Positions 1 through 9,100 of a stretch of 64,000 bases of DNA are shown here, one piece after another. The first letter of the stretch is position 1, and the number at the start of each line of letters is the position of its first letter. The notes beneath the pieces were generated by a model. That model saw only the letters and a program-made list of their open reading frames with translations, had not been told where the DNA came from and ran no database searches. This stretch comes from an uncultured Clostridia bacterium (lineage in GTDB: Bacteria > Bacillota > Clostridia > Christensenellales > UBA1242): contig CANQIX010000001.1 of NCBI GenBank assembly GCA_947624105.1, positions 1,866-65,865 on the forward strand, given 5' to 3'. The position numbers and the translations under genes were made by a program.

Positions 1-321
1 AACTACTTTATCTTTCTCTTCCTGTCCCTTATCTCTTGGGTTTTCTTTCCGCTATTTATTGTCGCCCTCACCTATAGAGTTAGGATTGTAAATAAATTCC
101 TCTACTTTTTAGGCGTTCAAAGTTTTTCAATTTATATTCTTCAAAGATTGCCAATGATTTTGCTATCTAAAACAAATCTTGTCTATTACCCGCTCACTTT
201 CACCATTTGCACCTTTGTTTTGACGATTGCTATAGCCGTTCTTTTCACTGCCTTTACAAACATTGTCGACAAATTGTTTTTTAGCAAAAGAGCGAGCAAA
301 ACTTCCAAGTCGCGCACCTAA
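1..321 (+). CDS. 3' end of a polytopic membrane acyltransferase-like gene (5' part off-window)
   Basis: Frame 1 is open from nt 1 to TAA at 319-321. The translation (...YFLGVQSFSIYILQRLPMILLSK...TICTFVLTIAIAVLFTAF...) is hydrophobic and multi-pass. It resembles the C-terminal G-x-x-S-[FY]-x-I-Y-[IL]-x-[HQ] block of acyltransferase_3 family proteins. Confidence 0.4.
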   Translation, partial: NYFIFLFLSLISWVFFPLFIVALTYRVRIVNKFLYFLGVQSFSIYILQRLPMILLSKTNLVYYPLTFTICTFVLTIAIAVLFTAFTNIVDKLFFSKRASKTSKSRT

Positions 322-464
322 GGGCAGATTGTCGTAAGGTGCTGTCTGTGATATATATGTATATATTTATATAATATAGTGTATAAGTAAATTACCATAC
401 AAATTAAATGTAGTTGAAGTGGCAAAAAATGAGAAAATCGATTGGTGTTATTTGTTTTAAATAA

Positions 465-493
465 TTGCAAATTAACAAAAATTGTGATAAACT
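465..493 (+). promoter_or_regulatory. candidate sigma-A promoter of aspS
   Basis: TTGCAA (465-470), 17-nt spacer, then TGaTAAACT extended -10 (TAAACT 488-493), about 30 nt upstream of the aspS ATG. Pattern match only. Confidence 0.4.
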
Positions 494-524
494 ATGTGCG
501 TATAAATCACACAGGAGTTAACTT

Positions 525-2270
525 ATGGAAAAAATTGCTAAAAACATTTATAGAGATCACTGCAGCACTGGTGTTTCGCTTGCAGACGTTGGAAAACAAG
601 TTAAGGTTGCCGGTTGGATCGACACAGTTCGCGATCACGGTGGAATTACCTTTGTCGATTTGAGAGATCACTACGGAAAAATCCAACTTGTATTTCACAC
701 CTTACCAAACTTCAAACTTGCCAAAGAGAACGTTATCTCGGCGAGTGGGGTTGTTATGGCAAGAACGGAAGAAAATATTAACCCAAATCTTGAAACAGGA
801 AAGATCGAAGTATATGTAGACAGCGCCGAACTTTTAGGCGAATGTTTGCAGACTCCACCATTTGAAATTGGAGAAAGCACATCGGTAAACGAAGAAGTAA
901 GGCTTAAATATCGTTACCTCGACCTTCGTAACCCAGAGATGCAGAAAAACATATTGACACGTATCGCAGTTGTAAACGATATTAGAAAATATATGACAGA
1001 ACTTGGATTCAACGAAATCACAACTCCAATTCTTACCGCATCTTCTCCAGAGGGCGCAAGAGATTATCTTGTTCCAAGCCGTGTTAACCAAGGAAAATTC
1101 TACGCATTGCCACAAGCACCACAACAGTTCAAACAACTTTTAATGGTTTCGGGCTTTGATAAATACTTCCAAATTGCACCTTGCTTTAGAGATGAAGACG
1201 CTCGTGCAGACAGATGCCCTGGAGAGTTCTATCAATTCGATATGGAAATGAGTTTTGCAACACAAGAAGACGTTTTTGCAGTTATGGAGGAAGTCCTTCC
1301 AAAAATCTTCCAAAAGCACGGCAAATACCCTGTTGCAGAGATTCCTTTCCCACGCATTAAATATCGCGATGCAATGGACACATACGGAACAGACAAGCCA
1401 GACTTAAGAAATCCACTTAAAATCACAAAACTTAACGATGTGTTTGCTAACACAACTTTCAACGCTTTTAAAGGCAAAACAGTTCACGGAATCTGTGCCC
1501 CAGTTGGCGCACTTCCTCGCCGTCAGTATGACGAATTGACACAAGCAGCCCTTGACGCCGGTGCAAAAGGACTTGCCTATGTAAAACTTACCGAAGAAGG
1601 CCTTACCGGACCACTTGTTAAGTTTATGTCCGAAGAAGAAAAGACCACTTTGCTTGCAAAGACCGGTGCTAAACTTGGCGATGCAATCTTTATCTGCGCT
1701 GACGAATATAAAGTTGTTTGCAAAGTTCTGTCAATCATAAGAATGATGCTTGGCGAAAAACTTGGCCTTTGCGAAAAGAATGTTTACAAGTTCTGTTGGA
1801 TTGTTGACTTCCCAATGTATGAATATAACGAAGAAGAGGGCAAGTTAGACTTCTCTCACAACCCATTCTCAATGCCACAAGGTGGACTTGAAGCGCTTAC
1901 AACACAAGATCCTCTCAGCATCAACGCATATCAATATGATATCGTTGTAAACGGAATTGAACTTTCTTCCGGCGCTGTTCGTAATCACGATGTAAACATT
2001 ATGAAAAAAGCCTTTGAAATTGCCGGATATGATGAAGAAGTCATCAAAACTAAGTTCTCCGCTCTTTACAACGCCTTCCAATATGGCGCACCACCTCACG
2101 CTGGTATCGCTCCTGGAGTTGACAGAATGGTTATGTTGCTTCTTGACACACCATCAATCCGTGAAGTTGTTGCTTTCCCAATGAACAAGAAGGCACAAGA
2201 CCTTATGATGGGTGCTCCAAGCACAGTTACAGAACAACAACTTAGAGAATGCCACATCAAACTTAGATAA
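525..2270 (+). CDS. aspS: aspartyl-tRNA synthetase, bacterial type
   Basis: 581-aa ORF with AGGAG upstream of ATG 525. Class II motifs are visible in the translation (FRDEDARADR, GIELSSGAVRNH, GAPPHAGIAPGVDR), and there is a long GAD-type insertion. Confidence 0.95.
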   Translation: MEKIAKNIYRDHCSTGVSLADVGKQVKVAGWIDTVRDHGGITFVDLRDHYGKIQLVFHTLPNFKLAKENVISASGVVMARTEENINPNLETGKIEVYVDSAELLGECLQTPPFEIGESTSVNEEVRLKYRYLDLRNPEMQKNILTRIAVVNDIRKYMTELGFNEITTPILTASSPEGARDYLVPSRVNQGKFYALPQAPQQFKQLLMVSGFDKYFQIAPCFRDEDARADRCPGEFYQFDMEMSFATQEDVFAVMEEVLPKIFQKHGKYPVAEIPFPRIKYRDAMDTYGTDKPDLRNPLKITKLNDVFANTTFNAFKGKTVHGICAPVGALPRRQYDELTQAALDAGAKGLAYVKLTEEGLTGPLVKFMSEEEKTTLLAKTGAKLGDAIFICADEYKVVCKVLSIIRMMLGEKLGLCEKNVYKFCWIVDFPMYEYNEEEGKLDFSHNPFSMPQGGLEALTTQDPLSINAYQYDIVVNGIELSSGAVRNHDVNIMKKAFEIAGYDEEVIKTKFSALYNAFQYGAPPHAGIAPGVDRMVMLLLDTPSIREVVAFPMNKKAQDLMMGAPSTVTEQQLRECHIKLR

Positions 2271-2284
2271 AAAAATTAGTAAAA

Positions 2285-2307
2285 ACACGCAAAAATGCGT
2301 GTTTTTT
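2285..2307. terminator. bidirectional rho-independent terminator
   Basis: ACACGCA-AAAA-TGCGTGT hairpin (2285-2302) flanked by an A-run and T5. It lies between convergent aspS and the 2318..2917 gene. Confidence 0.7.
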
Positions 2308-2317
2308 CGTTATTTTT

Positions 2318-2917
2318 TCAACTTTTTTTGCTATTTTTCTTGTTTTCACGCTCGATAAAGCAAAAGTGCGTGTTCTTTATCTTTGCAGAATACACCTTGT
2401 TTTCGATTTCAAGTTCGCCCTTGTAAAAAATCTTTGTGCTGTGTTTTTGCCCAGTGGACACGTCCTCATATTCGATGTCATAGAAGTTGAACCCCATAAT
2501 ATTTAAAAGCGGATTGATGTAATAGAGTGAGTTGTTGATGTAGACGATGCCTATGAAGATAAGAGTCAAGGCGTAAACACAAAAAATGCTGACTTTGGAT
2601 AGGTCAAGAGGGATTGCGAAGAAGACAAAGAGCGAAAAATAGCCCAAAAAGTGCTGGTCGGTGATATTTTTCTTGCTTAGAATCACAATTTTTCTCGATT
2701 CGTCCTTGCTTCCCCACACATTCCACCATAGTCCAATCACTCCACCGCCAATCAACAGTAAAAGAGTGATGAGGTTGATTGTGTTAAGGACGTTAAAAGT
2801 GAGATTTGCGTTTACAATCTCTAATAGCAACCTTACAAGTATCAAAAGATACATCGGCACAAAAGCGCTTAGATAAAGCAAGATATTTCTAAAAGTTTTC
2901 ATAACTATATTATTCAC
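2318..2917 (-). CDS. hypothetical polytopic membrane protein with polar C-terminal domain
   Basis: 199-aa ORF with several hydrophobic helices followed by a ~60-aa polar tail (…YDIEYEDVSTGQKHSTKIFYKGELEIENKVY…). No family recognised. The start is uncertain (GTG 2917 or ATG 2902) and there is no clear SD. Confidence 0.55.
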   Translation of the reverse strand: MNNIVMKTFRNILLYLSAFVPMYLLILVRLLLEIVNANLTFNVLNTINLITLLLLIGGGVIGLWWNVWGSKDESRKIVILSKKNITDQHFLGYFSLFVFFAIPLDLSKVSIFCVYALTLIFIGIVYINNSLYYINPLLNIMGFNFYDIEYEDVSTGQKHSTKIFYKGELEIENKVYSAKIKNTHFCFIERENKKNSKKS

Positions 2918-3171
2918 AAAAAATAAAAAATAAATAACTATTTAATTTTAGAAAAATTATTAAAAAATATTAAAAAATACATATTTTTATTATTTTTTAT
3001 GCGTATTTTCGGTATTTTCGCCTATTTTTTTAATTTTTTATTATTTTTTATTTTATTTTTTCTGTATATATGATTGTATTATTATATAATAATTATTTAT
3101 AATAAATATAGTGATTTATTTTGAAATTGTTTTTCTTTGTGATAAAATATGAAGTAAGTAGTGAGGTGTTC
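2918..3171. promoter_or_regulatory. extremely AT-rich divergent intergenic/promoter region with phased A- and T-tracts
   Basis: Tandem TATTAAAAAA x2 (2958-2977), tandem GTATTTTCG x2 (3003-3020), and T6-7 tracts at roughly helical spacing (3024-3060). TATAAT hexamers at 3085-3090 and 3098-3103. GAGGTG SD at 3163-3168. Confidence 0.35.
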
Positions 3172-6100
3172 ATGAAAAACTTAAGTTTGAAATCATTATT
3201 CTTAATTTTATTGTCCGCTTGCTTAATGACCTTTGGCATAGTTTCTGTTGACTATCGCTTAGACCATCTTGCATCGGCAGAAACACAAATAGTCGAAACA
3301 GTAGACAGAAGTCCAGACCTTCCAAGTTATTTTTCTGCTGTCGAATACACAAACGACAACGCTGTATCAACCGCCAGCCTGATTGACAGCAACTACTTTA
3401 TGTTTAACACCACTTCACAAAACTACCTTGAACTGTCTTTCAAAACTAACGGAAAAGATATTCTGGATAAAAAGCAACTTCCTTTTGATGATGTTTACCA
3501 ATACGTTTATTTTGAAAACGAAAACGATCTATCTAGTTTTAAATATTTTGAATATACAAACATCGACATAAGTGTCAATGGCGAAGGCTTGACTCTTCCA
3601 GAATCAACCTACAAGTTTTACGCTCCATCTAACCAAGAGTTTTCAAACGCCACAAACCAACCTGAAGTTTTTAGAATTAGATTTAACTACAGCGGAACTA
3701 ACAGCGAATGGAGCGATACTTACGGTGCTGGCGTTTCAAATGCAATAAGTTTGATAAACGAAAGGAACACCGTTATCGAAGGGCTTTACACCATCACAGT
3801 TAATTACATCGAATTTACTTGCACGCAAGACAACGTCTCTCAAGAGGATTTGACTTTCAACGCTCTTGAACCTGCTGAGTCCTTCCACTCGTCTTCTAAG
3901 TCGATTACATATTCCTTCCTTGTTTTGGACGAAAGCAATTACCGCAACAACTCTAGACCAATTATCACCGGAAACGACTTCTTGTCGACAATCTCAATTT
4001 CCGAAACTGTTTCAAGAGCCTATGGATATTACTACTACAACAACTACTCAACAGCCGACAACTCGATTTCTTCTTTGTCTTACGATGCATCGCGCTATGA
4101 TGTTCGCATAACAAAGACTCTTAACGGACAAGAACGTTCCGCAACTTTGACATACAACTACGAACTAGACACCTACACCTATGCCGGAGAGGATATTGTC
4201 GCCTACACTTACACCTCAACCTCTACATCTGACGGCAAGAACACAAATTGTTCAATCTACTTCTATGACGTTGGTGATTACTCCGTTTTCTTCAACGCAG
4301 TTGCAACCTTTAAAGACGAATCTCAAACCGCAACCGACAATTACACAACCTACAAGATTGCACCTTTAACAAACACTCTTCGTCAAGCGATGGTCTTCAT
4401 ATTTGGATATCAATTAACCTATCTTGACAAAGACCTTGGCGGAACTACTTACACCGAGTTTAAGATTAACAACATCGAAGAAGGCACATACTCCGATTCT
4501 GCAGATATAACTGCAAAGTTTTTGGAAAGCAATCCAAACTATAAGCAAAACAGCAACAATGCATCTGTTGAAGGCGGCAACACATTCCAATTTACAAATA
4601 TCTTACAGTATACTAAAACTGCCCCAGCACCTGTAGTAACCAACCAAACACCTCTTCGCTTTACATCAAACGCAAAACTTTCCACAGTAAGACGTTCCGA
4701 ACTTTACACAACAAACAGCAACTACGGAACAGCATACAACGCTGAAACTTTGACTGTAAATGGCGAAGCAAAACAACTTTACTACACCCCATACACCGGC
4801 GGAACAATCACACAAGACGGAACTTACATCGTTTTACTTGCATACACCTTCTCAAATTATTATTCCGCTTCCAGCGCATCGGCAACCTCAACGATATTCT
4901 ATCAAGTGTTCTACTTCACAATAAACAGCGACACTCCTGACTTAATTTTAACAACCGAAACAACCAAAAGTTCTGTTCCTAAGTATACAAACGAAAACGT
5001 TGTTGTTGTAGATAAAAACATCTTAAACATTCACAACAAAGAACTTGTTATAAGAGTTTATGCACAGAATTTTGACGGCACATACCTCTCTTCTTATGGC
5101 GGAGATTACGGAATTGACTTAAGTCGCCTTGGTAGTTACACCCTAGACAAAGACAACGGTGGTTCGGCAACTTTCACCGAAAACACACACTACACAATAA
5201 GAATCTTCTATAAGTCAAGCATTACAGACAGCGTTTATAACATAAAGTCAAAAGTTCCAAAAGAACTCATTAAGCGCGAAAAGAACTTTACAATTGACAA
5301 GGAAAAGATTGGTGATATTGGTGCAAGAGTTGCAACGGCATCTAACACAACTTCAAACTACATTATTGGCTATGACATTACCCCTGTTGCCACAAACGCT
5401 GCCTTTGTAACTAACCAAAGCATCGTTGTATCTTGGGGGGAAAAAGATAGCCACGCAAACACTTATGCAAAATACCGCTTTGTGCCTATCGTTGAAGAGA
5501 ATTTCTACAAAGACGAACGCGGCAATGATTTAACAGAGGAAGAAGTTTCTGGTGTGCTAGAAAACTATCTTACCTTCTTGTCAAGTTCTTACTTACCTGT
5601 AAATTATCAACTCGATTTCAGCCAGATCTCTCCTACCTGGAATTTGTATCCTGGCAACACTCAAACAATTGGATATACAATCTCCGGCAACTACGTTTTG
5701 AACAACTTAAAACCTGGCCTTTACATCTTTGATTTCTATGATGACGCAAACAACCACTCTTATCAGTTGTTCTTGATTGACACCACAACACCTTTGTTTG
5801 CTACACGTATAAATGGTGTTTTTGAAATATCGCCAAGTTATATGTATATCGACCAAAAAACCGAATTATATTGGGGAAATTACAAGGCAATCGCAATTGG
5901 CGGACTAGACACCTTCTTAGATTTTGACAATGGTTCTATCCGCGATGAAAACGAAACCCTCATCGTTACGCCAGAACAGATTAGCGCCTTTGAATTCTGC
6001 AAGGACCAATTTGGCGAAACAAATGTGGACATATACAAAACATTCTACTACGAATTATACAGCGCATCGGTTAATCCAACTCCACTTTGGCAATATCTTA

Positions 6101-9100
6101 CAGTTAACAGAATCAAACTTAAATTCTTAACAATCAGCACCGGAAAGAGTTTCTGCGCTTTTGATTCGATTTCACAGGAATACACAATCCAGACCTCTAA
6201 CAACGGCAAAAATATGATAACTTATGACACAAACATTGAGTGCACCTACAGATTGTTAATCAAAGATGCCAGCAACACTCAACGCGACCTGTCTAACACA
6301 AATCCTGTCTTCCAATACACCGCTTTTTACAGCGCAATGCAAGTTATCATTGTAAGCCACGACTCTTCTTCTTTGCGATTCTATTACGATGGAAATGGAG
6401 AGGACATTTACCTAACCGGAGATACAACGGTTGCCTATGAAGACAACAAACAGGTTTTAATCACCTATGTTGCTCCAATCAACGTAAACAAAACAATCAA
6501 CTACTCCTATGTTCCTACTCCATCGTCCGAAGGCTCGTTTACAATTCAACTTGAATCTTTGACGGTTGACTACTATGACTTTAGAAAGAACGACCCACCT
6601 GAAGAGGCAACTTCTAAAGGCGTTCAAACTCTTTACAACTATATGACCTTAAGCGGAACACCTCAAAGAAACGAAGTTTATAAATTTGAAGGTTCACATT
6701 CGTCAGTTGTAGAAGTTGACAGCCTGTTTGTTGATGGTGGCGTAACAAAAGACGGCGTGTATATCATAAGAAGAACATATCACGTCGATGATTCCGGAAC
6801 GACAATATATTCCTTCAATGATGACGACTATGTTACAAGAATCTTCGTTATCATAGTCGACAGGCACGATGTTATCGAAGGAGCAAAAACAGTTATCAAT
6901 GGCGATTCCAGACACGCAGAGAGTTTGGTCGGTGGAGAAATCTTCGTTTCGATGTATGACACCGGTTCTAACTCAAACCTTGTTGTAACCTTCCCAGACG
7001 CTCCAACTGGAAACTTGTCAAACACCTCCCTTGTTGGCGGAACGTTTGAAACAAACAAACTTCCTGTATCCGTTTTAATCCCTGCATACAAATATACAAA
7101 ATATGTAACAATTGTTGAAGAAAACGGACGTTACCACTATGAATTGTTTATAAATGACTACAACATTATGGACGCAAACCTTGGTGGCGAAAATAATATA
7201 AAGTCATATAAATTAAACGAAATCGATTCTTACCTTTTATACGCTGAGATATACAAAGACTACGAAACAGCAACACAGCAGTTGCTTTACAAAACCACTA
7301 CATCATTTAATAATCCAACAAACGATAACATAAAAGGCGCTATAAATAACAATGGTAGTAAGAATGGTTATTTCAATTTCTACGATTCAAATAACAACCT
7401 TGTAACAAGTTTGACTCAAGAAGGCAACTACACAGTAATCATCTATCAAGCATACAACTCGATTGCCGAAGTTGATGGCTCAACATTTAAGAGTTCTTCA
7501 AGTTTCTCGTTTACAATCAAAAAGACAGATCCTGACTTCGACCTTAAGGCAAGTGGCGGAAAATCACTTAACTACGAGTCAAATGGTGGCGTTTTAACAT
7601 ACTACACAAACCAAAACGTTATCGATGTTTATTGGGATAAATCCAAAGACGATTATTCAGCAGAAATAGACCAAAACTATGTTTTAGTTTCTGTTAACGG
7701 AGCATTAAGACCTAACATCAACAGTTTAGGTCAGTTGTTCTCTTCACAGATTACTGTAAACAGCACTGCAAATCTATACTCAGCACAACTTAATTTCTCA
7801 AACATCAATGGCGAAGATATCTACAAAAACGGCAACTTTATCGACATCACAATGCGATATACAAATCACAACAGCGCATATTATAACGAAGTTCATAAGC
7901 GCATTATGATTGACACGCAAGCACCTAACGAAGACATCAACGAACTTGTAAGTCAAGTTGTAACAAATTCGGGCGGATATATCACCGAAAAAGATCTAAG
8001 AGTTTACTCAGCAGTTTACACAAACGGACAAGAAAACACAATCGATCCTGAAGTAGACCGCAACTGGCAAGAAAAGACTTGCTTTAACACAAGTAAGTTA
8101 AGCGACACATACAGATACTTCTCGTTTGCAGCAACTAAATCATTTGTAACCGATCACCTACTACATTCTGATGCAAACTTCATATACTATAAAGGTCTTG
8201 AAGCAAGTTATAAATACGCAGCAACCGGATACGAAGTAGATCCTTACGAATTTTCTGCAAGCAATGGTTATACCCTGCTCGATTCAAACACAACCTTTGA
8301 AGTTGGAAGGTATTATGAATTTGTCGAAAGCGATCTTGCCGGCAACCTGACAATTTACACCCTTTACTTCATAGACGACTTAACCGACGAACTAGACAAC
8401 TACACAATCATCGACTATCTTGTAAACGGGCAAACAGAAAATGCAGAAACCGGATTTGTATATGACTACACAAGAGACGACTACATCAGCGCTAAAGCAA
8501 ACGGACTTCTTACAACAATCTACGCAAGACCAACTCTTGATATAACCAGCATCAACTACTTTAAAAACACTTGGTTCATCTTTAGAGCATCAACAACTTC
8601 AACAAGCGGAATCCAAGACACAATCACGTATTACCTTATATCTCCCTGGGTTGAACCTGGAACGGCTTACCGCTTAACAGACAATCAACCAGTAAGCTTG
8701 ATGGATATAATAAACGGAAACACCGACAGCACTTGGAAGGATAGTTTAACTTTCCTCAACACCTACTATGGTGCAACCGAAAGAACAACCTCCCTTTACT
8801 TCAACACAAGAGTTGATTCAATCAAGGGTTCTACCACCCCATCAAATACCGAAGATATCGTCTTCTCGCAACCAACACTTGCAGAACTAAACAACACAGC
8901 ATCGGCAAGAACATTCTTAACAAAACTTAAGATTTATCTTCCAGATGCACGTATCGATGAAGTTGGCAGCGAAAGCAACCCATTCTTCGACGTATCTAAC
9001 CCACTTGGAGTTGAAGCGCTTTGGAGAAATAGCAACTACACTTACGTTAATATAAACGTATCAAACAGACAGATTATCTTCACACTCAACTATGAACTTG

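Noticed and set aside
322-524. Possible T-box leader upstream of aspS, as in hisS-aspS operons of Firmicutes.
   Set aside because: I found no T-box sequence (no GGUGGUACCGCG-like element), no specifier-loop context and no terminator/antiterminator pair. The region is AT-rich, with only a promoter-like match.
3121-3171. Track-proposed N-terminal extensions from alternative start codons (3121, 28454, 30073, 33216, 34563, 36418).
   Set aside because: In each case an internal ATG preceded by a GGAGG-type SD gives a product with the expected N-terminus (signal peptide, HU MNK start, TatD MFVDAHLHL, and so on). The extensions lack an SD.
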